From contig JBHADF010000047.1 in assembly GCA_041854955.1 (NCBI GenBank), forward strand, positions 815 to 64,814: a stretch of DNA of 64,000 nt, written 5' to 3'. Positions 10,642 through 20,267 of the stretch are shown here, piece by piece; the first letter of the stretch is position 1, and every line of letters starts with the position of its first letter. Source of the stretch: Anaerovoracaceae bacterium (lineage in GTDB: Bacteria; Bacillota; Clostridia; Peptostreptococcales; Anaerovoracaceae). The notes beneath the pieces are model-generated. The model made no database searches and was not told the DNA's origin. It saw only the letters and a list, made by a program, of their open reading frames with translations. Made by a program: the position numbers and the translations under genes.

Positions 10642-12352
10642 ATTCCTCCAAATCCTTCTGTGCATTCCACAGTTTATGGTATGTGCCCTTTAATGCCAGT
10701 AGCTCCTCATGATGTCCCTTTTCGGTCACCATACCCTTGTCCATGACATAAATATTATCGGCACCGGCCACATTGGCCAATCTATGAGAGATGACAATAA
10801 CCGTCTTCTCCTTTGCCAATCTGTTTATTTCCCTCATGATATCGTTTTCGCTCTCCACGTCTATATTAGATGTAGCTTCGTCAAAGATATATAGTTTGCT
10901 ATTATGCAAAATAGCTCTCGCCAAGGCTAATCTCTGGCATTGCCCGCCGGACAAATTGGCTCCCTTTTCCTGAACAGGGGTTTCCAGACCCTTTTCTTCA
11001 CGGAGAAAATCGGCCAAGTTAACCCTTTCCAATGCTTCCCATAGCATTTCGTCAGAAGCGGTATCATCAGCCATCATCAGATTCTCTCTCACCGTTCCCT
11101 TAAAAATATAGCTTTGGTGATTTATATAGGTAAAGCTTTTCAAAAGGCTTTCTTCCTTTATATCAGCCAGTGTAACAGCTCCCACCCTTATGCTTCCGCT
11201 GTAATTCCTGTTTTTGCCCATAATTATTCCTGCCATGGTAGATTTTCCGCAGCCACTTTCACCTACTATCGCCACAAAGCTCCCCACAGGGAATTCCATA
11301 GAAACATCTTTTATAATCTCTCTTTCCTGCTCGTAAGAAAAGCTCACATCTTGACAGCTTATGGAGCAATTCTCGGGAACCTCTGCCGTGCCTTCCATTA
11401 CTTCTTCCACATCCAGCAGGCGAAAAATCTTATCGCTTGCAGCCATTCCGTTCATAGCAACATGGAAAAAGGAACCTAAAAGTCTCATAGGTAGGAAAAA
11501 ATCTGCCGACAAGAGAATTATCAGCAAAGCGCCGGCTACATCCACATTTCCGGCCCTGAATTGGACTATGGCCATGGCTATTCCCAAAGCTGCGCCTCCA
11601 TAGGCCACAAAGTCCATAATTGCTATGGAATTAAGCTGCATGGCTAAAACCTTCATGGTAATCCGGCGAAAGTTTTCTGCCTGCCTGTTCATTTCCTCGT
11701 GCTTAAAACCATCAGACTCATATATTTTCAAGGTTAAGAGACCTTGTAAATTTTCTAAAAAGGTGTCTCCCAAGGCGGTATACTGGCTCCAATATTTGCC
11801 TAAAAGCTTCTTTGCCCAGGTTTGAACCACCGCGATGGATATCGGTATAAGGGGCACACATATAAGCAGAATAACTGCAGACAGCAGACTTACCTGACTT
11901 AAAACTGCAAAGAGGGTCAAGGGAGCTATCATCGCATAAAAAAACTGGGGAAGGTATGCTCCAAAATAGGTTTCCAACTGTTCTACCCCTTCCACAGTCA
12001 GCTGTACTACCTCACCGGTCTGAATCTTTTTCTTATATGAGGCTCCCAGCCTGAGCAGCTTGGAATATATTCTGCTCCTCAGGGTTCTTTTTACTTCCTT
12101 GGAGGCCATATATCCCATGCGACTTGAAAGAATGTTGGAAAAAAACCTAAAGAAAACCACGCCTATTGCCGTTAATGCCGTTCTGACCATATAGGCTTCA
12201 GCAGGTGCTCCTTCGTATAGAAGCTGTAACAGTTCTGCCATAGTCCACATCAATACTATGTTGGCCAAAAGAGATAGCCATTGTAGAAAAACATTCAAGG
12301 CTACATATTTTTTACTATCTTTCACAGTGCCTATCAGGCGCTTATTTATCAT
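10619..12352 (-). CDS. ABC transporter ATP-binding/permease, CydD-like subunit
   Basis: 577 aa. TM domain plus NBD (GESGCGKST, LSGGQCQRLALARA, IFDEATS). Paired with the preceding gene as a heterodimeric exporter. Confidence 0.75.
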   Translation of the reverse strand: MINKRLIGTVKDSKKYVALNVFLQWLSLLANIVLMWTMAELLQLLYEGAPAEAYMVRTALTAIGVVFFRFFSNILSSRMGYMASKEVKRTLRSRIYSKLLRLGASYKKKIQTGEVVQLTVEGVEQLETYFGAYLPQFFYAMIAPLTLFAVLSQVSLLSAVILLICVPLIPISIAVVQTWAKKLLGKYWSQYTALGDTFLENLQGLLTLKIYESDGFKHEEMNRQAENFRRITMKVLAMQLNSIAIMDFVAYGGAALGIAMAIVQFRAGNVDVAGALLIILLSADFFLPMRLLGSFFHVAMNGMAASDKIFRLLDVEEVMEGTAEVPENCSISCQDVSFSYEQEREIIKDVSMEFPVGSFVAIVGESGCGKSTMAGIIMGKNRNYSGSIRVGAVTLADIKEESLLKSFTYINHQSYIFKGTVRENLMMADDTASDEMLWEALERVNLADFLREEKGLETPVQEKGANLSGGQCQRLALARAILHNSKLYIFDEATSNIDVESENDIMREINRLAKEKTVIVISHRLANVAGADNIYVMDKGMVTEKGHHEELLALKGTYHKLWNAQKDLEEYDEEKRI

Positions 12353-12531
12353 AATTTACCTTCTTCTTTCGTAATATTATAGGCTTCTAAAATGCTTTGT
12401 TATACGGAGCTTATCCTATGAGCCTTTCGAGGTTAGTTTTGGCTAACTTCTTGGTAATTCTATCAAAGCCTTTATACCTTGTCAACAATAAAAGCCTCCG
12501 GATTTAAGACTTCTCCGAAGGCCTTTAGCAT

Positions 12532-13770
12532 TTACATATTTTTCTCTCCGCCCAGCTTCACCGTAATTCGTGTGCCGAAGTCAGGGCGGCTGAGCATTTC
12601 AATCTCCCCTTCATGGGCGTCTACTATCCATTTGGCGATGGATAGCCCCAGCCCGGTGCCTCCCGTTCCCTTGTTTCTACCGTCTCCGGCCCTGTAGAAC
12701 CTTTCAAACACATGGACTATTTCCTCAGAATTCATGCCTCTCCCCTCATCCTGAATGGTGAAATATGGCCTTCCTTCCGGTGTTTTACCGGCTCCCAGCA
12801 AAATCTCCGCTCCCTTTTCCGAATACTTGGAGGCATTTTGGATAAAGATTCTCATGGCTTGCTTTATGAGAGCTAAATCGCCTTTAATCATGACCGGCTC
12901 CCCGGCCTGCTCTTTCAAGGAATACCTATGGTCTTCATCTATCATGGAGGATTCTTCCGTAACGGAGCTGACCACCTCTCTAAGGTCGAAGTCGGTCAAA
13001 TCCAAAGTATTTCTGCCACTGTCACCTCTGGCTAAAAACAGCAGCTGCTCAACCAGGGTCTTCATGTGCTCCGACTCATTTTTCAAGGCTTCTATGGATT
13101 CGGTCAGCACCTGGCTATCCTCTTTTCCCCATCTGTCCAGCATATTCACATAGCCTTGGATTACGGCGATAGGTGTCCTTAGCTCATGGGACGCATCGGA
13201 AATGAATCTTTCCTGTTGGCGGCTACTTTCACGCATACCATCCAAAAGGTTGTTGATGGCGTGTTCCAGGTGAAGAAGCTCCTTGTCTCCGGTCTTGACC
13301 TTTGGGTCCGGAGACTGGGGGTCTATTTTTTCTATAGCCTTCTCCATGGTGCGAAGCCTTTCCTTGTCCGGCTTTTCCGCCATGGTAGCCGCTCTTCTCG
13401 CTTGCAAAGTCAGCTCCTCAGCCCTCTGTGCCATATCCTGCAATGGCTTTAAGTGCTTCTTTACCATCCCTGTAGAAAAAAGTCCCTGGACCACAAACAC
13501 CGTCTCCACAACCAGTAAAATGTAGAAGGGCACTCGTCCCGCCTCCCATAAGGCTGCCATACGCATTCCCAGGTGGGGAGCCCTTTCCTTCCAGCTGATT
13601 ATCAATTCCGGCTCTGCAGCAACCAGATAAGCAAGTGTTATGAGAACTATCAAGAGCACATCTATCATAAGGAATTGAAAAAGCTGCCTTGACCAATAGC
13701 TCATGGTGATTTTTCTAGCTATGGAGGTTGTGGCCTCACCCTCTCTTTTTTCTCTATTCTTTGATGACAT
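12532..13770 (-). CDS. Sensor histidine kinase
   Basis: Two TM segments, an H-box (SHELRTPIAVIQGY), an N-box and G-boxes (GTGGTGLGLSIAK). Confidence 0.85.
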   Translation of the reverse strand: MSSKNREKREGEATTSIARKITMSYWSRQLFQFLMIDVLLIVLITLAYLVAAEPELIISWKERAPHLGMRMAALWEAGRVPFYILLVVETVFVVQGLFSTGMVKKHLKPLQDMAQRAEELTLQARRAATMAEKPDKERLRTMEKAIEKIDPQSPDPKVKTGDKELLHLEHAINNLLDGMRESSRQQERFISDASHELRTPIAVIQGYVNMLDRWGKEDSQVLTESIEALKNESEHMKTLVEQLLFLARGDSGRNTLDLTDFDLREVVSSVTEESSMIDEDHRYSLKEQAGEPVMIKGDLALIKQAMRIFIQNASKYSEKGAEILLGAGKTPEGRPYFTIQDEGRGMNSEEIVHVFERFYRAGDGRNKGTGGTGLGLSIAKWIVDAHEGEIEMLSRPDFGTRITVKLGGEKNM

Positions 13771-14443
13771 AGCCTACTCCTCGCACCGTTTGAATGAGAT
13801 TTATTCCGAAGCGGTCATCTATTTTGCTCCTGATATACCTCACATATACATCTATAACATTGGTTTCCCCAACATAGTCGTAGCCACAGACATGATTGAT
13901 CAGCTTTTCTCTGTCCATGACTATGTTCTTGTTTTCCATGAGCACATTGAGAAGCTCGTACTCCCTATTGGTCAAATCGATGACTTCATCCCCCACCGTC
14001 ACCTCGTGGCGGTCCAAGTCCATCTTAACGCCTTTCAGTGACACGGTCTTGGTAACAACACCTTCAGAAACCTTTTTCTTAAAGGCAACCCTGATTCTGG
14101 CCAAAAGCTCTTCGATGGCAAAGGGCTTAGTTATGTAGTCATCGGCACCGGCGTCCAGTCCGGAAACCTTGTCCATAACCGCATCGCGTGCTGTTACCAT
14201 AATCACCGGAACCTGGGATGTTTTCCTCAGGCGGCGCAAAACCTCAAGCCCGTTTATTTCCGGAAGAATAACATCCAAGAGAACAAGATCCCAATTTCCC
14301 GATTCAGCCATTTCCAAGCCTTCTCTGCCGTTTAAGGCCTTTCCCACCTCATAGCCCTCATGAAGGAGCTCCAGCTCTGTAAATCTTGCAATTTTCTCCT
14401 CATCCTCGATGAGCAAAATCCTTTTAGCCATAATTTTCTCCAA
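13754..14443 (-). CDS. OmpR-family response regulator
   Basis: Receiver domain (ILLIEDEE...DLVLLDVILP) plus a winged-helix output (LTNREYELL...VRGVGYVI). Overlaps the kinase gene by 17 nt. Confidence 0.9.
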   Translation of the reverse strand: MEKIMAKRILLIEDEEKIARFTELELLHEGYEVGKALNGREGLEMAESGNWDLVLLDVILPEINGLEVLRRLRKTSQVPVIMVTARDAVMDKVSGLDAGADDYITKPFAIEELLARIRVAFKKKVSEGVVTKTVSLKGVKMDLDRHEVTVGDEVIDLTNREYELLNVLMENKNIVMDREKLINHVCGYDYVGETNVIDVYVRYIRSKIDDRFGINLIQTVRGVGYVIKE

Positions 14444-14511
14444 TGCTAACCTTATTTTAAAAAGCGAAAGAGGGGAAGCCTTTAAAAGACTGCCCTCTTT
14501 GCAGCATTTAT

Positions 14512-15039
14512 TTAATCTTTAAACTCTTTCTTGATAGCCTCAGCCACATCTGAAGCCTTGTCACAGGCTGAATTTATGCCTGATGCCTCTTCGATAGGCC
14601 CTCTAAAGCTGTATCTGTAGTCGAAGAAGAGACCTATTATGAGAAGGGGTACCGTTAACCAGAAGACGAAGAGCAGTAGGAGTATCAATCCCAAGACGGG
14701 CAACTCCAGCCCCTTTCCTCCGGCTTTTCTGATGATGAACTTGCTGTCTATGCTCTTCTTCAGCAGATTGCCCAGCCAGTCGAAAAACTTTCCGGCTGTG
14801 CTCTGGAAGGCTTCTTCGGCAGTCCTTTCATCCTTTTCCTCTTCAGCTCTAAAGCTCTGAGCAGGTTTTTCCTTTGTGGTGAAAACCTTCACTTCAGGTT
14901 CCTTTATCTTCCCCTGATTTTCCAGGTATACGATGGCATCCAGCACATCGCCATCGCAGTCCTCCAAGGCCTTCTTGGCCTCTTCATAGGTTACGCCTGT
15001 CTTTTCTCTGATTTTTTCTACCTTTTCCAATAATTCCAT
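14512..15039 (-). CDS. Membrane protein with an N-terminal UBA/EF-Ts-N-like domain (DUF4342-like)
   Basis: The N-terminus (VEKIREKTGVTYEEAKKALEDCDGDVLDAIVYL) resembles the TS-N/UBA fold. There is a C-terminal TM segment. Family assignment is from memory only. Confidence 0.5.
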   Translation of the reverse strand: MELLEKVEKIREKTGVTYEEAKKALEDCDGDVLDAIVYLENQGKIKEPEVKVFTTKEKPAQSFRAEEEKDERTAEEAFQSTAGKFFDWLGNLLKKSIDSKFIIRKAGGKGLELPVLGLILLLLFVFWLTVPLLIIGLFFDYRYSFRGPIEEASGINSACDKASDVAEAIKKEFKD

Positions 15040-15141
15040 TTTTACATTCCTTTCATTTAACTGTACTGTAGGTTCCCTTTTTGTAATACCTACTATAGAA
15101 CAGTAAGATTAAAGTAAAATGGGAAAAAAATTAAAAACAAA

Positions 15142-15978
15142 TTAAGATTTCATTTCTTTTATAAGTTCTTCGGCCAAAAAGGCAAAATCCTTGCTTACTC
15201 TCTCCGTAGTTTCAAAGACCTCCTCAAGAGACAGCTCCTTTTTGCTGATGCCTGTAGCCATATTTGTGATACAGCTCAGGTTGAAAACCTTCATGCCCAT
15301 GTGTCGGCAGGCTATGGCATCTACTACGCTGCTCATGCCCACACCGTCAGCTCCCAGAGCCTTGAACATTTTTATCTCCGAGGCCGTTTCAAACTGAGGG
15401 CCCGAGGTCTGGATGAGAACTCCCCTGTGAACTCTTACGCCTCTGGATTTGCCCAGCTCTATCACCTTTGATATCAAGGCTTCATCGTATATTTGCGATA
15501 CATCTGTAAATCTTTCTCCCAGAGTTTCTAAGTTGGGTCCTCTGAGTGGTGAGGGCACAAAGGATGAGATGCAGTCCCTTACGGCCATAAAATCTCCTAC
15601 TTCATATTCCTCGTTTATGCCTCCTATGGCGTTGGTGATGAGCACGGATTTTGCTCCTAAAAGGCGGGCCACCCTAAGGGGCAATACTACCTCTTCCATT
15701 TCGTAGCCTTCGTAATAATGCACACGGCCCTTCAGAACTACCACAGGTACTCCATATAAGGTTCCGAATACATATCTGCCCTCATGACCTGGAGCCGTAG
15801 ACCTGGGAAAACCGGGAAGGTCCTCGTAGTCCACTGCCGCTGCCACCTCTATTTTCTCCGCAAAATCTCCCAAGCCGCTACCTAAAACTATTGCCACCTC
15901 CGGCTTAAAGTCGGTAACCTTCCTGATTTGCTCCACATATGTATCTAATCTGTCCAAGTATTTCTTTACATCAAACAT
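15142..15978 (-). CDS. Purine nucleoside phosphorylase (trimeric PNP family)
   Basis: GSGLG...TAPGHEGRYVFG...ITNAIGGIN...GPQFETASEI...GADGVGMS. Start placed at the ATG at 15976-15978 (MFDVKK) with an AAAGGAAAGG RBS. The longer track ORF has no RBS. Confidence 0.85.
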   Translation of the reverse strand: MFDVKKYLDRLDTYVEQIRKVTDFKPEVAIVLGSGLGDFAEKIEVAAAVDYEDLPGFPRSTAPGHEGRYVFGTLYGVPVVVLKGRVHYYEGYEMEEVVLPLRVARLLGAKSVLITNAIGGINEEYEVGDFMAVRDCISSFVPSPLRGPNLETLGERFTDVSQIYDEALISKVIELGKSRGVRVHRGVLIQTSGPQFETASEIKMFKALGADGVGMSSVVDAIACRHMGMKVFNLSCITNMATGISKKELSLEEVFETTERVSKDFAFLAEELIKEMKS

Positions 15979-16139
15979 GGTAATCTGCCTTTCCTTTGCA
16001 AATGTTAAATACAGCCTTATGAGTATTTTAACACAGGGGCTCCTTAGGCACAAATGTTTTAATGCAGGCATACAGAAAAGCCGCAAAAGGTTTTTCTTAA
16101 GTCTCTTGCGGCTTTAGGATGTCTTTTTACCGGTTGGGT

Positions 16140-17495
16140 TTAGAGCAGCTTGCTGGACTTGGTCCAGATTCCCATACGCTCAGCATCCTTTATGAGTTGA
16201 TCTCTGAACTGAGGATGGGCGATGGATATGAGCAGCTCTGCCCTCTGCCAAGTGCTCTTTCCCTTTAAGGAAACGGCTCCGTACTCGGTTACGATATAGT
16301 CCACTGCCATTCTGGGAGTGGTGATTATGGAACCTGGTGCCAAACCCGGCATTATGAGGCTTTCAAGACTTCCGTCGGATTTCTCCCTTACGGAAGGGGT
16401 GCAGAGGAAGCTATGGCCGTTTTGGGATTGGAAGGAGCCCATTACGAAATCCAGCTGTCCGCCGGTACCGGAAATCTGGCGATATCCTGCCGACTCGGAG
16501 CATACCTGGCCGTAAAGGTCTACGGCTATGCAGCTGTTTACGGATACAAAGTTGGGGATTTGTGCAATAGTGGCTATGTTATTTACATAATCTACAGGCG
16601 CTACAAAGCACATAGGGTTATCGTCTATGAAATCGTAGAGCCTTTTGGTGCCACCTGCAAAGGTATATACAGCCTTGCCTTTATCCTTTTCCTTATTGCC
16701 CCAGAGCTTTCCTGCCTCGAAAAGATCCACATAGGCATCTGTGAACATTTCCGTATGAGCTTCAACGTTCTTTATATCCGACCGGGCTATCTTTTGACCT
16801 ATGGAAAGAGGAAGAGCTCCTATTCCCAGCTGGAGAGTGCTGCCTGATTTGATATGCTTTACTACATGGTCTGCTATCTGTTGGTCTATTTCCGAGGCTC
16901 CCTTCACGTTGAGGTCGGGCAAAGGTGTGTTACTTCCTTCTACCACAAAATCCACATCATAAAGATTTATCTCGTTCTGGCGTCCAAGAGCCTTAGGCAT
17001 ATTTTCGTTTACCTCAACGATCTTTATCTTTGCCGCCTTGATGACGCCCCACATGTCGGCTACCTGAGGACCTATGTTAAAATTTCCAAATTTATCCATG
17101 GGTCCAACCTGGAAGCAGGCTATATCCAGACCGTTGTCATTACCTGTCCAAAGGTGGGGAAGCTCGTTGAACATCATAGGCATATACCAACATCTGCCTT
17201 CTTTGTTCATCTTTCTGTCGTGACTGGAGAAATGAGCCGATGTGAACATTACCTGCTCATTGCTCTCTGTAGCTGTAAAGGTTTCAAAGGGCGTTCTTCT
17301 TATGGACACAGTGCTGAGCACGGTCACATCGCTAAGTTCGTCGCCTCTCTTGGCTAAGGCCTTATCTATATCCACTACGGTGCCGCAACCTGTTCCGAAA
17401 TGGACTCTGTCTCCTTTTTTCACCTTATCGGCTGCCGCATCTGCGGTTATGAGTTTTTTCTTATACTCCTGGGCTAAATCTGTTGTTTTATACAT
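16140..17495 (-). CDS. Acetyl-CoA hydrolase/transferase family protein (butyryl-CoA:acetate / 4-hydroxybutyrate CoA-transferase-like)
   Basis: About 451 aa. The N-terminus resembles known butyryl-CoA transferases. Start placed at the ATG at 17493-17495, preceded by AAGAGGTGA. Confidence 0.75.
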   Translation of the reverse strand: MYKTTDLAQEYKKKLITADAAADKVKKGDRVHFGTGCGTVVDIDKALAKRGDELSDVTVLSTVSIRRTPFETFTATESNEQVMFTSAHFSSHDRKMNKEGRCWYMPMMFNELPHLWTGNDNGLDIACFQVGPMDKFGNFNIGPQVADMWGVIKAAKIKIVEVNENMPKALGRQNEINLYDVDFVVEGSNTPLPDLNVKGASEIDQQIADHVVKHIKSGSTLQLGIGALPLSIGQKIARSDIKNVEAHTEMFTDAYVDLFEAGKLWGNKEKDKGKAVYTFAGGTKRLYDFIDDNPMCFVAPVDYVNNIATIAQIPNFVSVNSCIAVDLYGQVCSESAGYRQISGTGGQLDFVMGSFQSQNGHSFLCTPSVREKSDGSLESLIMPGLAPGSIITTPRMAVDYIVTEYGAVSLKGKSTWQRAELLISIAHPQFRDQLIKDAERMGIWTKSSKLL

Positions 17496-17583
17496 TGTTT
17501 TCACCTCTTTTTATTCTTTAATTTTAATTATGATGAGCCCCTTTAGGGGCGCTTTATGCTTTGCTTTTTTCTATGACGAAATT

Positions 17584-17611
17584 ATTATACTACATCGCAG
17601 AGAAAATTCAA
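17584..17611 (-). promoter_or_regulatory. Sigma-A-type promoter for the CoA-transferase gene
   Basis: On the minus strand: TTGAAT, 16 nt spacer, TATAAT. The 5' UTR contains a GCCCCTaaAGGGGC hairpin. Confidence 0.5.
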
Positions 17612-17620
17612 ATAAACATC

Positions 17621-17649
17621 TGTTAAAATAGGGAGTTTTGTGTTATAAT
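17621..17649 (+). promoter_or_regulatory. Extended -10 promoter driving the tRNA-Arg leader
   Basis: TGtTATAAT at 17641-17649, with a weak -35 (TGTTAA) 17 nt upstream. The predicted transcription start falls just before the first repeat copy at 17660. Confidence 0.5.
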
Positions 17650-17659
17650 CTACCTACAA

Positions 17660-17795
17660 TATATGTCTCCTTAGTTAAATGGATATAAGAACCTCCATTT
17701 GCTTCTCAAATGGAGAACCTTGATACTCGTTTCACTCGTATTAACGAGCTCTCTGATTATATGCTTTAGGAGAGCTCCGTTATACTTGATTATAT
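17660..17795 (+). other. Structured leader upstream of tRNA-Arg containing tRNA-derived repeats
   Basis: 17660-17688 is identical to 17791-17819. There is a 9-bp hairpin at 17693-17715 and an 8-bp hairpin at 17746-17777. 17763-17784 is the exact reverse complement of tRNA positions 20-41. Confidence 0.6.
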
Positions 17796-17870
17796 GTCTC
17801 CTTAGTTAAATGGATATAACGGAGCTCTCCTAAAGCTCAGTTGCCGGTTCGATTCCGGCAGGGGATACCA
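17796..17870 (+). tRNA. tRNA-Arg (anticodon CCU), CCA-encoded
   Basis: Hand-folded cloverleaf. Acceptor GTCTCCT/AGGGGAT (with G-U pairs). D arm GTTA-AATGGATA-TAAC. Anticodon arm GAGCT-CTCCTAA-AGCTC. T arm GCCGG-TTCGATT-CCGGC. Discriminator A followed by CCA. Confidence 0.85.
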
Positions 17871-17904
17871 AAAATGCTGCTCATAAAGGGCAGCATTTTT
17901 CTTT
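17871..17904. terminator. Bidirectional rho-independent terminator
   Basis: AAAAATGCTGC-tcataaagg-GCAGCATTTTT between the tRNA and the convergent DUF2148 gene. Confidence 0.75.
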
Positions 17905-17911
17905 ATCATAT

Positions 17912-18466
17912 TTAATCAAGCCTTACAGCCATTCCGGGAGCACGGTCAAAAAAGATATCCTTTGAAGATGCGCTTAAAGGAATACCCCAGCACAGCTTCA
18001 CATCGTCTCCCAAAAAGCCCAGCTTCAGGGCACTTCTGCCCACGGTAAACATAACACGGTTATCAACTCTGTGGTTTGCAGCCACGGAAACTGCCGAGCC
18101 GACAGCAATACCTAAATCCGTAACATTGAAGACACAGTTGGAGCCGGCCTCTTTCATCATGACGCAGTTTTCAAAACCGCACATGCTGCAGTTGGAAAGA
18201 CCGAAGGGTTTTTCTCTGCAACCGATAATAACCACGGCTTCGCTTTTATCAACATTGGACGCATCCCTGACGAATATGGGCTGGCCTGTAGTATCGGCCA
18301 TGGCAATCATCTTATCTCTAAGTCTGTCCTTTTCCTCACCGGTAACTATAACGGCCTCCACCGTATCCTTACCGCTTCCCTTAGGCGCAGTCTTAGCCGC
18401 TACCACCATCAAATCGGCCACCTGAAGGATTCCTTCTCTCTCCGCATTTTCCATAGTCTTTAGCAT
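17912..18466 (-). CDS. DUF2148 (ferredoxin-domain-like) protein
   Basis: About 184 aa from MLKTMENAERE (GGAGG RBS). Cys-rich motif NCSMCGFENC. Family name recalled, not verified. Confidence 0.6.
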   Translation of the reverse strand: MLKTMENAEREGILQVADLMVVAAKTAPKGSGKDTVEAVIVTGEEKDRLRDKMIAMADTTGQPIFVRDASNVDKSEAVVIIGCREKPFGLSNCSMCGFENCVMMKEAGSNCVFNVTDLGIAVGSAVSVAANHRVDNRVMFTVGRSALKLGFLGDDVKLCWGIPLSASSKDIFFDRAPGMAVRLD

Positions 18467-18586
18467 GTCGCCACCTCCCTCAAAATCTGTTGAAAAAGCT
18501 TCTTGGCCCCATTGTAGCACATTTCCTCTTGATATGCTACATCATATCATTTATTATTAAAATATAAATCTTTGGAGGTAAAAAAT

Positions 18587-19510
18587 ATGGTTAATGAACC
18601 CATTTTGATAATAATGGCTGCGGGCATGGGCTCCCGTTTCGGCGGACTTAAGCAGATGACCCCTGTCAGCGGCGATAAGGAATTGATATTGGACTTTTCC
18701 CTTTACGACGCCATGATGGCCGGCTTTAAAAAGGCTGTTCTTGTAATAAAGAGGGAAAACGAAGAGGATTTCAGAAAGCTCTTAGAAGGAAGAAGCGGCA
18801 AATTTATGGAGATAGATTTTGCATATCAGGAGCTTTCCGATTTGCCGGAAGGTGCTAAGGTGCCTGAAGGAAGAGTTAAGCCCTGGGGCACGGGGCATGC
18901 GGTTTTAGCTGCTCGTTCCTTCATAAATGGTCCCTTTGCCGTTATCAATGCAGATGATTACTACGGTCCCACGGCTTTCCAAATGATATATGACTTCCTT
19001 TCCGCTGCCGAGGACAAGAAAAAATACAGCTATGCCATGGTAGGCTTCCGCATTGAAAACACCCTTACGGAAAACGGCTTCGTGTCGAGAGGCGTATGCC
19101 GCTCATCCGACTCAGGCCTTTTAGAGGAAATCACAGAAAGAACTAAAATATCATGGCACGGTGAGGAGATAGGATTTTCCGAAGAGGATGAAGCTGCTTG
19201 GACCACTATTCCCCGTGGAACTCCCGTATCTATGAATTTTTGGGGCTTTACAAAATCCCTCATAGACGAGGCTTGGAGCGGTTTCGGTGAGTTTTTAACC
19301 TCCGCACTCAAGGAAAATCCCCTTAAGGGTGAATACTACCTGCCTGCCATAGTGGACAGGCTCATAAAAGAAGGAAAAGCCCAGGTGAAGCTCTTAAACT
19401 CCCCCGACAGATGGTACGGGGTAACCTATAAGGAGGATACGGAAGGTGTAGTATCCGCTCTTCAGTCTATGAAGGACAAAGGCATGTATCCCGAAGCCCT
19501 TTGGAAATAG
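18587..19510 (+). CDS. Sugar-phosphate nucleotidyltransferase family protein
   Basis: N-terminal NTP-transferase signature (IIMAAGMGSRFGGLKQ). GGAGG lies 8 nt upstream of the ATG at 18587. Confidence 0.7.
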   Translation: MVNEPILIIMAAGMGSRFGGLKQMTPVSGDKELILDFSLYDAMMAGFKKAVLVIKRENEEDFRKLLEGRSGKFMEIDFAYQELSDLPEGAKVPEGRVKPWGTGHAVLAARSFINGPFAVINADDYYGPTAFQMIYDFLSAAEDKKKYSYAMVGFRIENTLTENGFVSRGVCRSSDSGLLEEITERTKISWHGEEIGFSEEDEAAWTTIPRGTPVSMNFWGFTKSLIDEAWSGFGEFLTSALKENPLKGEYYLPAIVDRLIKEGKAQVKLLNSPDRWYGVTYKEDTEGVVSALQSMKDKGMYPEALWK

Positions 19511-19531
19511 CCTTATAGAAAGGAAAATATA

Positions 19532-20212
19532 ATGGAAATCATAGGTCATGTCCGCACGGATTTTCACGAAAAATTCGGTATTCCACGACAGGGTGGTTTG
19601 GTAGAAAACATCGGCTACATAGAGTTTCTGCCTCCCTTTGATGTGCCTGTCGCCTTTGAGGGAATAGAAGAATACTCCCATATCTGGATTCTCTGGCAGT
19701 TTTCCGAAAATGTGGGGGAGGGTTGGTCCCCCATGGTGAGACCGCCCCGTTTAGGTGGAAATGTAAAGGTAGGCGTCTTTGCCAGCCGAAGTCCTTTTCG
19801 CCCCAATCCCATAGGGCTTTCCCTAGTGAGGCTGCTGTCTGTGGAAAAAAGCCCTACAGGCGGTGTACTTCTTAAAATCTCCGGAGCTGACATTTTAGAC
19901 GGGTCTCCCGTTTACGACATAAAGCCCTATCTGCCTCATATAGAGGCTATCCCCGGAGGGGATGGCGGCTTTGCCCATCGTGTAAAAGATGACAGCCTGT
20001 CTGTAATTTGCAGTGATACGGTTAAAAAAGAAATTATAAAGGATTTTTCCCTTTCGGACTTTGAGCTCCTCAGGGAAATTCTCTCCCAAGACCCTCGTCC
20101 TCACTACCACGCCGACCCGGAGCGAGTTTACGGTATGGCCTACAAGGGGCAAAACATAAGGTTCAGGGTTGTTGGCAAAGAGCTGGAAATCCTGTCTTTA
20201 GAAAAGCTTTGA
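19532..20212 (+). CDS. trmO: tRNA (t6A37-N6)-methyltransferase TrmO (TsaA/YaeB family)
   Basis: IGHVRTDF..KFGIPRQ...SRSPFRPNPIGLSLVRL...DGSPVYDIKPY. Confidence 0.8.
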   Translation: MEIIGHVRTDFHEKFGIPRQGGLVENIGYIEFLPPFDVPVAFEGIEEYSHIWILWQFSENVGEGWSPMVRPPRLGGNVKVGVFASRSPFRPNPIGLSLVRLLSVEKSPTGGVLLKISGADILDGSPVYDIKPYLPHIEAIPGGDGGFAHRVKDDSLSVICSDTVKKEIIKDFSLSDFELLREILSQDPRPHYHADPERVYGMAYKGQNIRFRVVGKELEILSLEKL

Positions 20213-20267
20213 AAGATAGTGGTTAGTAGGTAGCGAGACTATATATGAATCATATTTTGGAGGAATT

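Noticed and set aside
8998-12352. The CydDC-type ABC exporter pair without adjacent cydAB, next to a two-component system, as a novel module.
   Set aside because: Heterodimeric CydDC-like exporters are common in anaerobic Firmicutes lacking cytochrome bd. Adjacency to the TCS is on the same strand, but nothing in the sequence indicates functional coupling.
17665-17790. The first copy of the tRNA 5' half as a second tRNA gene, or as exon 1 of an intron-containing tRNA-Arg.
   Set aside because: Downstream of the D arm there is no anticodon arm of tRNA geometry and no T arm (GTTCRANY) before the real tRNA begins. At 131 nt, the intervening segment lacks anything resembling a group I intron core.
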